Notes: generated from the sequence alone by a model not told the origin. A stretch of DNA of 64,000 bases from Dehalococcoidia bacterium (GCA_963667465.2 CAXXDN010000001.1:832001-896000); one strand, 5' to 3'; shown: positions 30,024 through 39,658, counted from the stretch's first letter. Translations and numbers: made by a program.

Positions 30024-30509
30024 GTGGGCCTGCATCGCTTCGAGACCCGGCAGGTGGTGCCGATCGGCCTCGACGAGGCGTGGGAGTTCTTCTCGGACCC
30101 GCGCAACCTGGCCGTGATCACGCCGCCGGAAATGGCGTTCGAGGTCGCCTCGCCGCTGCCGGAGCGGATGCATCCGGGGCTGATCGTCGTGCATCGCGTG
30201 CGGCCGCTGTTCGGGCTGCCGGTGACGTGGGTGACGGAGATCACGCAGCTGGTGGAGGGCGAGCTGTTCGTCGACGAGCAGCGCTTCGGGCCGTACCGCT
30301 TCTGGCACCACCAGCACCACTTCCGGCCCGTCGAGGGCGGCGTGGAGATCGGTGACATCGTCCACTACTCGGTGCCGCTGGGCCCGATCGGCGACGTACT
30401 CAACCGGCTGCTGGTCGCCGATCGCGTGCGCGCGATCTTCGAGCACCGCCGCGCCGTCATCGAGCGCCGCTTCGGGCGCGCGCCGGCGGGTGCGGCCCGC
30501 TCGGCCTGA
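30024..30509 (+). CDS. SRPBCC (polyketide cyclase-like) family protein
   Basis: WEFFSDPRNLAVITPP, WVTEIT, FVDEQRFGPYRFWHHQHHF. Confidence 0.9.
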   Translation: MGLHRFETRQVVPIGLDEAWEFFSDPRNLAVITPPEMAFEVASPLPERMHPGLIVVHRVRPLFGLPVTWVTEITQLVEGELFVDEQRFGPYRFWHHQHHFRPVEGGVEIGDIVHYSVPLGPIGDVLNRLLVADRVRAIFEHRRAVIERRFGRAPAGAARSA

Positions 30510-30560
30510 GCGGATAGCGGACGCAGGAGAGCGGCAGCGCTGGCGGCGCTGGCCGCGTCG

Positions 30561-30857
30561 GACCCCCTCACCCCCGCCCTCTCCCGCGAGGGGAGAGGGG
30601 GCCGGATGCCTCGATCCCGTCTCTCCCGGCGGAGGTCGGACCCCCTTCCGATCCCCTCTCCCCCGGCGGGAGAGGGTCAGGGTGAGGGGGATTCCGGAGC
30701 AGCCGGAGCGCGCGCGTCTCGCTGGGCTGTTGCGCCGCCGCAGGGTCCTCGCCCGGCGGGAGCCGGACCCCCTCACCCCCGCCCTCTCCCGCGAGGGGAG
30801 AGGGGGCCGGAGCCGCTGTAGGAGGTTGGGTGTGGCCGCCCTCTCCTGCGAGGGGAG
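30561..30857. repeat. Cluster of family A REP units (BIME-like); the last unit is interrupted by IS110
   Basis: CCCCCTCACCCCCGCCCTCTCCCGCGAGGG.AGAGGGGGCCGG at about 30563 and 30768, an inverted unit near 30652 and a partial unit at 30835-30857. Confidence 0.85.
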
Positions 30858-30880
30858 AGACACCCCAGGGTGCTAAGGCG

Positions 30881-32104
30881 TCAAGCGGCGAGCTGTTCGC
30901 GGTCGTGGCGGTGCGCCCAGGCGGTGGCCTCGTCGTAGGGGCGACGTGCCTTCAGGCAGCCGTGGAGGTAGCCGACGAGGCGGTTGCCGAGAGCGCGCAG
31001 CGCCTGGTGGTGGAGGTCGCCCGCGGCGCGGCGGCGGTGGTAGAAGTCATGGCAGCCGGGGCTCGCCTGCAGCGAGCAGAGCGCCCAGCGGTCCACGGCG
31101 TCGGCGAGCCGGCGGTTGCGCACGAAGCGGGCGCGCACGCTGCGCTTGCGGCCCGATGCTACGGTGAGCGGCGAGGTGCCGGCGTAGTTCCTGCGGGACT
31201 TCGCCGACTCGTAGCGTTCGGGGTCGTCCCCGAACTCGCCGAGCACCCGGGCGCCGAGCACGACACCGAGACCGGGCAGGGAACGGTAGATTGCGGCGTC
31301 CGGGTGCTGCTCAAAATGGCTCGTGAGCGCGGCCTCGAGCTCCGTAAGCTGACGGTTGATCTCGCTGATCTGCGCGACCGCCGCGCGGGTGCTCGCGGCG
31401 AACGCCCGGCTCACGGCAGGCGGCGCCTCGAGTTGCGGGGAGCGCAGCGCGTCGCGCACCGCGGCGGCGCGCCGCTCGAGGTTGCGCTGACGTCCGCCGC
31501 GGCGCAGCGCCGAGCGGATCTTCGACGTGCTCAGGCGCGCCGCCTCGCGCGGCTCGCTCGCCCGCGCCAGCACGCCCAGGGCGTCGCCGTGCGCGAGGCT
31601 GGGGAAGGCCTGCAGGGCAGCCGGGAAATACTCCCTGAGGGCGTTGCGCAGCCGGTTGGTCTGGCGCACGCGGTCCCAGATCAGCTGCTGGTGGGCGCGG
31701 GCGAGGATGCGCACCGCGGCAGCCTCGTCGCTGTCGCCGGCCAGCGGACGGTGGTTGTGGCGGTCGGTGCGCACGAGGTCGGCGAGCAGCTTCGCGTCGG
31801 CGGCGTCGGACTTGGCGCCGCCCAGGTGGTGACGCTCACGGTAGCGCGCCGCCGAGCGGGGGTTGATCGCGTAGACGCGGTAGCCGGCCGCGAGCAGGGC
31901 CGTGACCCAGGGTCCGCGGTCGGTCTCGATGCCGACCACGACCGCGCCCGGGTCTGAGGCGTGCTCGGCAACCAGTTCGTGCAGCACGGCGACGCCCGCG
32001 ACGCCCTCGGGCAGCCGCCTGGCGGCGAGCCGTTCGCCGGCCTCGTTCATGAGCTGGACATCGTGGTGGTCTTCGGACCAGTCGTCACCGACGTAGAGGG
32101 TCAT
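30881..32104 (-). CDS. IS110 family DEDD recombinase/transposase
   Basis: YVGDDW, VGIE, KSDAADA (DEDD RuvC-like), SLPGLG..LG, YAGTSPLTVASG (catalytic Ser), ALRALGNRLV. Confidence 0.96.
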   Translation of the reverse strand: MTLYVGDDWSEDHHDVQLMNEAGERLAARRLPEGVAGVAVLHELVAEHASDPGAVVVGIETDRGPWVTALLAAGYRVYAINPRSAARYRERHHLGGAKSDAADAKLLADLVRTDRHNHRPLAGDSDEAAAVRILARAHQQLIWDRVRQTNRLRNALREYFPAALQAFPSLAHGDALGVLARASEPREAARLSTSKIRSALRRGGRQRNLERRAAAVRDALRSPQLEAPPAVSRAFAASTRAAVAQISEINRQLTELEAALTSHFEQHPDAAIYRSLPGLGVVLGARVLGEFGDDPERYESAKSRRNYAGTSPLTVASGRKRSVRARFVRNRRLADAVDRWALCSLQASPGCHDFYHRRRAAGDLHHQALRALGNRLVGYLHGCLKARRPYDEATAWAHRHDREQLAA

Positions 32105-32149
32105 CGTGCCTCGCTTTCCTGCGCTTCGTGCTGCTGTTTGCGACCTGCC

Positions 32150-32340
32150 GGGCTGGTCCTGCGACGGCCTAATGGACCAGTGCTCTCGGGCACGACACCC
32201 CAGGAGTGCTGTGGACCACCCGGACGCACCAGCCGGGGCACGGTCTCTCCCTGGAGATCGCAGTGTCTCGGGGAGGGGCAGTGCTCACCGGCCGGCCGGT
32301 CCAAGACCAGTCTCCCAGATCGCTCCAGGGTCCGGTCGAA
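32150..32340 (-). ncRNA. IS110 bridge RNA (target-binding loop about 32229-32296; donor-binding loop about 32160-32215)
   Basis: Guides match element ends and target: 32194-32204 is identical to 30859-30869 (11/11); CCATTAG complements donor CTAATGG; GGGAGAG complements target CTCTCCC; each guide pair flanks a short hairpin. RNA ends are approximate. Confidence 0.85.
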
Positions 32341-32376
32341 CCCCATTAGGGGGGCGGAGGGAGAGGGGGGGGCGAG

Positions 32377-33630
32377 CTAGAGCGAGACGGGGAACTCCGT
32401 CAGGCCCTCGCGAGGGGCGCCGACGAGGATCGCCATGTTGCCCGGCGGGTGCTCGTTCTCGTACATCAGCTGGTGGCTCTCACCGACCTCCTCGAAGGCG
32501 AAGACGCGCGAGAGCGCGGGGTCGATGCGGCCCTGCACGACGTAGTCGTTGAACTCGGCGCACTCCTCGACGTTGGCGAAGTGCGATCCCTGGAAGCGCT
32601 TCTGGCGCATCCACAGGTAGCGCAGGTCCACGTCCGCGTTGTAGCCGGAGGTGCCGGCGCAGATGACCACCATCCCGCCGTTGTCGACGAGGAAGATCGA
32701 GGTCGGGATCGTCGCCTCGCCCGGGTGGTCGAAGACGATCGTCGGGTTACGCCGCTCGCCGAGGGCGTCCCAGAAGGCGCGCCCGAACTGGCGCGCTCCG
32801 CCGGCCCACTCGCCGAACGCCGCGGCGTCGTCGATGTCCGGGAGGCGGCCCCAGTGGTCGAAGTCGCGGCGGTTGATCACGCCCTTCGCGCCCAGCTGGT
32901 GGCAAAACTCGTACTTGGACTCGTCGGAGACGACGGCGATCGGGATGCCGCCGAACTCGCGCACGATCTGGATGGCCATGCAGCCGAGGCCGCCCGCGCC
33001 GCCCCAGACCAGCACCGGGTCGCCCTCGTTGACGACGTTGGGCGGCCAGCCGCGCAGCATCCGCCAGGCGGTCGCGCCGACGAGCATGTAGGCGGCGGCG
33101 GCCTCCCAGCTGAGGTGCGGCGGCTTGGGGTAGCACTGGTAGCGGTCGACGAGGCAGTACTGGGCGAAGGAGCCCCAGTTCTCCTCGTAGCCCCAGACCT
33201 TGTTGGTGTTCGACATCATCGGGTCGCGGCCGGCGGCGATGTCGGCGGCGTCCTCGTCCCACATCCCGCAGGAGAGCACGACCTCGTCACCGACCTTGAC
33301 GTTCGTGACCTCGTCGCCGACGGCCCAGACGATGCCCGAGGCATCGGAACCGCCGATGTGGAAGTCCTCCTCGGCGCCCTGGCGGCGGCGCGCGTCGATC
33401 ACGTTGACGGGGGTGCCGAGGGCGGCCCAGACGTTGTTGTAGTTGGTGCCCGCCGCCATCACGTAGACCAGCACCTGGCGCGGGCCCACCGCGGGCACGT
33501 CGATCTGCTCGATCGCGAAGGCGTCGCGCGGCTGGCCGAAGCGCGATTCGCGGATCAGGCTGGCGTGCATCTTTTGCGGGACTTCGCCGACGGGCGGCGC
33601 CTCGCCGACGTTCGTGATCTCGATCGCCAT
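32377..33630 (-). CDS. ccr: Crotonyl-CoA carboxylase/reductase
   Basis: [62 protein letters not shown]. Confidence 0.93.
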   Translation of the reverse strand: MAIEITNVGEAPPVGEVPQKMHASLIRESRFGQPRDAFAIEQIDVPAVGPRQVLVYVMAAGTNYNNVWAALGTPVNVIDARRRQGAEEDFHIGGSDASGIVWAVGDEVTNVKVGDEVVLSCGMWDEDAADIAAGRDPMMSNTNKVWGYEENWGSFAQYCLVDRYQCYPKPPHLSWEAAAAYMLVGATAWRMLRGWPPNVVNEGDPVLVWGGAGGLGCMAIQIVREFGGIPIAVVSDESKYEFCHQLGAKGVINRRDFDHWGRLPDIDDAAAFGEWAGGARQFGRAFWDALGERRNPTIVFDHPGEATIPTSIFLVDNGGMVVICAGTSGYNADVDLRYLWMRQKRFQGSHFANVEECAEFNDYVVQGRIDPALSRVFAFEEVGESHQLMYENEHPPGNMAILVGAPREGLTEFPVSL

Positions 33631-33747
33631 CGTCCATGCTCCTGTTCGCGCCGTCACTGCGAGGTGTCGCGGTCCTCGCGGGCCGCGAGCCCGCGTATCC
33701 TACCGAGCAGCGCGGGTCACCGCGAGCGAACGGGGACGGAGCCGAAG

Positions 33748-34260
33748 CTGACCGATCAGACACAGCCACCAGCGGAGGGGTTCTCCGCAGCGCCCCCGCC
33801 GCGCATCCGGCCGCTGGCGATCGGCCTGCTGCTGCACGAGGACCGGCTACTCTTTGCCGAGGGCCATGACGCCGTGAAGGGCGAGACCTTCTATCGCGCC
33901 CTCGGCGGGGAGATCGAGTTCGGCGAGGCGGCCGCCGCCGCCGTCGTGCGCGAGTTCCGCGAGGAGCTGGGCCGCGCCGTCGAGGTCCGCGCGCCGCTTG
34001 GCGTGGTCGAGAACCGCTTCACCCTCCACGGCGAGCCCGGGCACGAAGTGATCTTCGAGTTCCTCATGGACTTCGCCCCGGGCGAGGCGCCCGGGGACTT
34101 CGCGCCGCTGACGGCCGACGAGGGCGGCTACCCCTTTACCGCGAGGTGGCTACCCCTCGCCGAGGTGCTGGCCGGCGCATGGCGTGTCTACCCGGAGGGC
34201 GTCCCGGAGCGCCTGGCGGGCTGGCTCAACGCAAGCTTCAGCGCGTCCCGGCCGCGCTGA
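33748..34260 (+). CDS. NUDIX hydrolase (start uncertain, possibly CTG)
   Basis: Nudix box GGEIEFGE...VVREFREELG, ENRFT..GEPGHE; GGAG just upstream of a CTG. Confidence 0.82.
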   Translation: MTDQTQPPAEGFSAAPPPRIRPLAIGLLLHEDRLLFAEGHDAVKGETFYRALGGEIEFGEAAAAAVVREFREELGRAVEVRAPLGVVENRFTLHGEPGHEVIFEFLMDFAPGEAPGDFAPLTADEGGYPFTARWLPLAEVLAGAWRVYPEGVPERLAGWLNASFSASRPR

Positions 34261-34272
34261 CCCTGGCCGCGC

Positions 34273-36663
34273 CTACTCGTCGAGGGCATGCACGGCGTCG
34301 GTGACGTGCGCCGCGAGCCGTCCGATCTCGTCATCGTCCTCGATGCGCCGTCCGTTGGCGCGGCGCACGTAGAAGGCGTCGACGATCTCGTGGCCGAGGG
34401 TGTTGACCTTCGCCATGTGGATGTCGAGCCCCACCTCGTGGAGCACGCTGGTGATCGCGTAGAGCAGTCCGAGGCGGTCGGCGGCGCGGATCTCGAGGAT
34501 CGAGTAGTCGGCCGAACCCGTGTTGTCGACGGTGACGCTGGTGGGGATCGGAGCGGGTGGCTCCCCGCGGTAGGCATCGCGGGTCTCGGCGAGGCGCTGC
34601 TCGATCGGGAATTCTCCGGCGAGTGCGCTCGGCACGGCCTCGATGATCCGCTCCCAGCGGCGTTCGTCGATCTCCCGTCCGCGCGCGTCGGCGAGGTGCA
34701 TCACGTCGACGGCGACGCCGTCGTTGCGCGTGAAGGCGGTGCCGCCGAGCACGTTCACGTTGTGCACCGTGAGCGTGCCGGAGACGGCCTGCAGGATGCC
34801 GGGCTGGTCCGCCGTGACGATCGTCAGCCGATCGATGGAGCCGATCCGGTCGTGGTGCAGCATCGGCGTGAGCGGGCCCCTCCTACCGGAGCGGCTCGAG
34901 TCCAGCACGCCCCCGGCGATCAGCTCGATGTGCCGGCCGATCGCGAGCGGCTCCATCGAGAGCAGGTAGTTGACCGGCAGCTGCTCGAGGTGCCGCTCCA
35001 CGGACTGCGGGGCGACCCAGCCGCTGAGCCCCTGGATCGCCGCGCGCCGCCGCCGCGCGACGGCGGTCCGCAGCGAGACGTCGGAGAGCGCCTCGCGCAC
35101 GCGCATGTAGAGCGAGCGCATCAACTGGGCCGTCCAGGCATTCCAGATGTCGGATCCGCAGCCCCTGGCGTCGGCGACCGAGACGAGATAGAGCAGGTTG
35201 AGCGTGCGCACGTCGCCGACCTGCTCGGCGACATCGCGGATCACGCGCTCGTCGGCGATGTCGCGCCGCGTCGCTACCATCGGCAGCAGCAGGTGGTGGC
35301 GCACGGTCGCCGCGAGGAGCCCGGCGGTCTCGTCGCCGAGGCCGGCGCGATCAGCGAAGCGCTCGGCGATCACCGCGCCGACCTCGCTGTGCGAGCCCTC
35401 GTGGCCCTTGCCGATGTCGTGCAGCAGCGCCGCGACCAGCAACTCGTCGCGGTCCTCGAGCTCGGCGACCGGCTCCGGAGCGCCGGACTCCTCGTCGCCC
35501 TCGGCGAGCCGAATGGCCTCGGTCACGGTGCGCCAGCTGTGCACGTCTACGGGGTGCACGTGGAAGGGCGCGACGTGCGGCTGGTTGCGCAGCACCTCCC
35601 ACTCCGGGAGCAGGCGCTCCAGCCACCCGCTGCGCGGCAGCGGATCGAGCGGTCCGCCCGGCCCCGCCCCGCGCAGCGCCGCGAGGAGCCGATCGAGATC
35701 GCCGCGGCCGTCTTCCGCAGGCGCGCCGTCCGGGCGCCTGCCGTCCTCGGCTGCCGCGCTCCGCCGGGGGAGCCAGCCGCTCCAGCGCCGGCCGCTGGAG
35801 GAGGCGGCGGCGGCGCGCAGCGCCGCGGCGGTCGCCGCGTCTACGGCTCGCACCGTCGCGCTGACGCGGCGGCTCCAGTCCGTGCGACCGACGCCGAGGC
35901 GCTCGCTCACCTCGTCGAGCAGGTCGCGGCGCAGCCGATCGTTGGCGCGGTCGTCGAGCGAGTGCAGCGCGTTGCGCGTCGCGAGCAGCACCTCGCGGGC
36001 GTCAGCGAGCTCCGGGGCGAGTTCGGGCGGGTCGCCGCCTTCGGCGATCGCCTCGGTGGCGGCGAGCCAGAGCGTGGTTTGCAGCGAGCGCAGTCCGCCG
36101 CGGCTGGTCTTGAGGTCCGGTTCCTGCAGCTGCCAGGGCTCGCGCGCCAGCGTCGCCTCGTATGCCGCAGCGAGTTCCGCTCGCATCCACCCGCGGCCAC
36201 CGCGCACGGTCTTGCGCCAGCGCCGGCGGAAGCGTTCGAACAGCGCCTCGTCGCCGGCGACCAGGCGGGCATCGAGGAGCGAGGTGAAGGTCTGCACGTT
36301 CTCGCGAGCCGCGGCCCCGACCTGGCGCAGGGTGCGCACGGAGTGGCCGACCTGCAGGCCGCTGTCCCACAGCGGGTAGAGCATGGCCTCGCTGACCCAG
36401 CGCTCCGGCTGGCGGTCGAACAGCAGCATCAGGTCGATATCGGAGTGCCGGCACTGCTCGCGGCGTCCGCTGCTCCCGACCGCGACGATGGCGATGCCCT
36501 CGGGAGGGAGGGCAGCGGCGAGGGCGCGCAGGCTCTCGTCGAGCGCGTCGCTCAGTTCGTGGCAGAGCGCGAGGCCGGCGCTGCCGGGGGGACGCGCAAA
36601 GGCGCGCCCGGCAACTGCCGAGCGCGCCTCCAGGAATGGCTGCATGGCCGGAACCTGAACCAT
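34273..36663 (-). CDS. glnD: [Protein-PII] uridylyl/adenylyltransferase GlnD
   Basis: AVGS.GRRE..HSDIDL nucleotidyltransferase, EPDLK..GGLR, ALLHDIGKG HD domain, two C-terminal ACT domains; follows amtB-PII (start may be 36645). Confidence 0.92.
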   Translation of the reverse strand: MVQVPAMQPFLEARSAVAGRAFARPPGSAGLALCHELSDALDESLRALAAALPPEGIAIVAVGSSGRREQCRHSDIDLMLLFDRQPERWVSEAMLYPLWDSGLQVGHSVRTLRQVGAAARENVQTFTSLLDARLVAGDEALFERFRRRWRKTVRGGRGWMRAELAAAYEATLAREPWQLQEPDLKTSRGGLRSLQTTLWLAATEAIAEGGDPPELAPELADAREVLLATRNALHSLDDRANDRLRRDLLDEVSERLGVGRTDWSRRVSATVRAVDAATAAALRAAAASSSGRRWSGWLPRRSAAAEDGRRPDGAPAEDGRGDLDRLLAALRGAGPGGPLDPLPRSGWLERLLPEWEVLRNQPHVAPFHVHPVDVHSWRTVTEAIRLAEGDEESGAPEPVAELEDRDELLVAALLHDIGKGHEGSHSEVGAVIAERFADRAGLGDETAGLLAATVRHHLLLPMVATRRDIADERVIRDVAEQVGDVRTLNLLYLVSVADARGCGSDIWNAWTAQLMRSLYMRVREALSDVSLRTAVARRRRAAIQGLSGWVAPQSVERHLEQLPVNYLLSMEPLAIGRHIELIAGGVLDSSRSGRRGPLTPMLHHDRIGSIDRLTIVTADQPGILQAVSGTLTVHNVNVLGGTAFTRNDGVAVDVMHLADARGREIDERRWERIIEAVPSALAGEFPIEQRLAETRDAYRGEPPAPIPTSVTVDNTGSADYSILEIRAADRLGLLYAITSVLHEVGLDIHMAKVNTLGHEIVDAFYVRRANGRRIEDDDEIGRLAAHVTDAVHALDE

Positions 36664-36702
36664 TCCGATGCGTCTCCCCGTTTGCGCGGGGGAGGTAGCT
36701 CC

Positions 36703-37047
<345 letters not shown>

Positions 37048-38301
37048 CTACTCCGTCAGCACGTAGCCCTGCTCTTCGTGCAGGGCTACATCGAGGCCAC
37101 GGCGCTCCTCGTCCTCGGAGACGCGCAGACCCATTGTCCGATCGATGATAACCGCGATCACGTACGTGACGACGAACGAGAACACGAGCGCAACGACGAT
37201 CGAGATCGCCTGCCGCAGCAGTTGCTCCACGTTGCCGAAGAACGCGCCGTCGGTGCCGCCGATCGCCGCCTCGGCGAAGAGGCCGAGCAGCAGCGCGCCG
37301 ACGATGCCGCCGACCATGTGGACGGCGACCACGTCGAGCGAGTCGTCGAAGCCGTAGCGGAACTTGATCTGCAGCGCGAGGAAGCAGATCAGACCCGCCG
37401 CCGCGCCGATGACCAGCGCCCAGAGCGGACTGACGAAGCCCGCCGCCGGGGTGATCGCGACCAGGCCGGCGACCGCGCCCGAGGCGAAGCCGAGCGTGGT
37501 CGGGCGGCCGTGCTTGAACTGCTCGGCCAGCGCCCAGGTGAGGGCGGCCACGCCCGCAGCGATCTGCGTCGTCAGGAAGGCGTTGCCGGCCGCGCCATCT
37601 GCGGCGAGGGCCGAGCCGGCGTTGAAGCCGAACCAGCCGAACCACAGCATCCCGGCGCCCAGCACCGTGAACGGCAGCGCGTGCGGCCGCATCACCTCAC
37701 GGCGCCAGCCGAGCCGCGGACCAAGCACCATCACCAGCGCCAGCGCCGCGACACCAGCGTTGATGTGCACCACCAGGCCGCCGGCGAAGTCGAGCGCCCC
37801 GATGCCGGGAATCTCCGTGCCCTCGCTGGAGCCGATGAAGCCGCCGCCCCAGACCCAGTGGGCCATGGGTGCGTAGACGATGATCGACCAGATCGCGATG
37901 AACACGACCCAGGAGCTGAACTTCATCCGCTCAGCGACCGCGCCCGAGATGAGCGCGGGGGTGATGATCGCGAACATGAGCTGGAACAGCAGGAACACCG
38001 AGTCCGGGATGTCGTCCCCGTCATCGAGGCCGATCTCCGTTCCGAAGCCCAACTCGCCGAGCGCGAAGAACTCCAGGTTTCCGATCAGTCCCAGACCGCC
38101 TACGTCCCCGCTGAATGCCAGCGAGTAACCGATCACGATCCAGGTGACCGTGACGACGCCCATGGCCACGTAATTCTTCATCAGCATCGCGAGGACGTTG
38201 CGTCCACGCACCATGCCTCCGTAGAAGAACGCGAGCCCGGGCGTCATGAACAACACGAGCGCGGTGCTCGTGAGCAGCCATGCTGTATGGCCAGTATCCA
38301 T
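37048..38301 (-). CDS. amtB: Ammonium transporter
   Basis: MTPGLAFFYGG, FQLMFAIITPALISG, LDFAGGLVVH, LWFGWFGFNAGS, DDSLDVVAVH. Confidence 0.97.
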   Translation of the reverse strand: MDTGHTAWLLTSTALVLFMTPGLAFFYGGMVRGRNVLAMLMKNYVAMGVVTVTWIVIGYSLAFSGDVGGLGLIGNLEFFALGELGFGTEIGLDDGDDIPDSVFLLFQLMFAIITPALISGAVAERMKFSSWVVFIAIWSIIVYAPMAHWVWGGGFIGSSEGTEIPGIGALDFAGGLVVHINAGVAALALVMVLGPRLGWRREVMRPHALPFTVLGAGMLWFGWFGFNAGSALAADGAAGNAFLTTQIAAGVAALTWALAEQFKHGRPTTLGFASGAVAGLVAITPAAGFVSPLWALVIGAAAGLICFLALQIKFRYGFDDSLDVVAVHMVGGIVGALLLGLFAEAAIGGTDGAFFGNVEQLLRQAISIVVALVFSFVVTYVIAVIIDRTMGLRVSEDEERRGLDVALHEEQGYVLTE

Positions 38302-38357
38302 ACGTCCGCCCCTCCTCTCACCGCCGCGGTGGCGGATGTGAGCAGGATGCGTCTCAG

Positions 38358-38409
38358 GTGTTTCGCTTGATTTACGCCTGTGTTTCGCCCGATTTACGCC
38401 TGTGTTTCG
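38358..38409 (-). promoter_or_regulatory. Tandem GlnR-type boxes (GAAAC-n6-GTAAA-n6, 22-bp repeat) upstream of amtB-glnK-glnD
   Basis: Minus strand GAAAC acaggc GTAAA tcgggc GAAAC acaggc GTAAA tcaagc GAAAC; exact 11-bp phasing. Confidence 0.7.
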
Positions 38410-38518
38410 AATGCGTTGCGCGCGCGTGCCACGCGGACGCGCCGTGCGGGCAGCGCCCGCGCCCCCTACAATCGCGCCCAGCACCGCGCACGCCGCGGCC
38501 CCGGGCGGGAGAGCGACC

Positions 38519-39523
38519 ATCAGCGACGAAACGGCTGCCAGCGAGGCGACCGGCGCCACCGAGGCGCCGGAGACTCAGGCCGCCGCGCGCCCCTTCCTCA
38601 AGTGGGCCGGCGGCAAGACCCAGATCCTCGACGAACTCGTCGCGCGCGCTCCCGAGCGCATCGACACCTACTACGAGCCCTTCCTCGGCGGCGGCGCGCT
38701 CTTCTTCCGCCTCGCCGCGGACCCGGAGCGGCGGCCCCACCGCGCCGTGCTCAACGACCGCAACCACGAGCTGATCGCCGCCTTCCGCGCGGTTCGCGAC
38801 GACGCCGGAGCGCTGATCGAGCGGCTCGGCGAGCGGCAGCGCGCGTACCTCGATCTCGATGGCGAGGGGCGTGGTGACTATTACTACGCCGTGCGCCAGG
38901 AGTACCGCGAGATCGCCACGGACGGCGGCGCGAGTGACATCGAGGTCGCCTCGCGGCTGATCTTCCTCAACAAGACCTGCTTCAACGGCCTCTATCGCGT
39001 CAACCGGCGCGGCGAGTTCAACGTCCCGCACGGGCGCTACGTGCGCCCCCGCATCCTCGACGCCGCAGGCATCGAGGCCGCCTCGGCCGCGCTCGCTGTC
39101 GCCGATCTGCGCAACGTTGACTTCGAAGAGGCAAGTGAGGGTGCGGGGCAAGACGACTTCGTCTACTTCGACCCCCCATTCCAGCCGCTCTCGGAGACCG
39201 CGAGCTTCACCGCCTACACGGAGGATGGGTTCGGCCCGGTCGACCAATTGCGGCTCAAGTGGTGGGTCGACGAACTGAGTCGACGGGGTGTACCGGCACT
39301 CGTCTCGAACTCCGAGGACAAGTGGCTCCGAGGCGTATATGAGGGCGGTGGGTACGTAGTCGGTGAACTCGAAAAGATGGAATCCTACTGGCCAGACTTG
39401 GGACGCGCCGAGAAAGTCACCACGAACCGGCTAATCAACTCGCGCGGTGATCTCCGACAGGACTTCGTCGAACTCCTAATCTCGAATCATGCGCTGCTGT
39501 CGGCGAGCAAGAAAAAGAGCTGA
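38519..39523 (+). CDS. Dam/D12-class N6-adenine DNA methyltransferase (start uncertain: ATC 38519 or ATG 38411)
   Basis: PFLKWAGGKTQ, YYEPFLGGGALFF, FLNKTCFNGLYRVN..GEFNVP.G, FVYFDPPF, VSNS, ELLISN. Confidence 0.92.
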   Translation: MSDETAASEATGATEAPETQAAARPFLKWAGGKTQILDELVARAPERIDTYYEPFLGGGALFFRLAADPERRPHRAVLNDRNHELIAAFRAVRDDAGALIERLGERQRAYLDLDGEGRGDYYYAVRQEYREIATDGGASDIEVASRLIFLNKTCFNGLYRVNRRGEFNVPHGRYVRPRILDAAGIEAASAALAVADLRNVDFEEASEGAGQDDFVYFDPPFQPLSETASFTAYTEDGFGPVDQLRLKWWVDELSRRGVPALVSNSEDKWLRGVYEGGGYVVGELEKMESYWPDLGRAEKVTTNRLINSRGDLRQDFVELLISNHALLSASKKKS

Positions 39524-39600
39524 AGCCACGTCTTGAAGTCGTCCAGCTCGAACGTCTTGGTGTCGCAACCATAGTCTTCGTCGGGGCCTATCCGTACGTT
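39487..39600 (-). pseudogene. Remnant C-terminus of a PD-(D/E)xK nuclease paralog overlapping the methyltransferase 3' end
   Basis: KTFELDDFKTWLQLFFLL aligns 9/18 identical with KAVELEDLEMWLRLYFAL of 40646..41029; no start codon. Confidence 0.55.
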
Positions 39601-39658
39601 AGACTCCGCGCGAGCCGCCTCGGAGCCTCGCGTTGGGAAACTGGTTCGGAGCTAACCC

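Larger units (their letters stand above)
30858..32347 (-). mobile_element. IS110 family insertion sequence (complete; CT core, no terminal inverted repeats)
   Basis: Minus strand: ...CCCCC|CT|AATGGGG (left end) and ...CCTGGGGTGT|CT|CTCCCC (right end); removing it rejoins a family A REP hairpin. Confidence 0.85.

Noticed and set aside
30858-32347. Terminal inverted repeats or a long target-site duplication for the IS
   Set aside because: None found; only the CT core is repeated, as expected for IS110
38358-38409. 22-bp tandem repeat as a mini CRISPR array or iterons
   Set aside because: No spacers, cas or rep genes; position and phasing fit transcription-factor boxes
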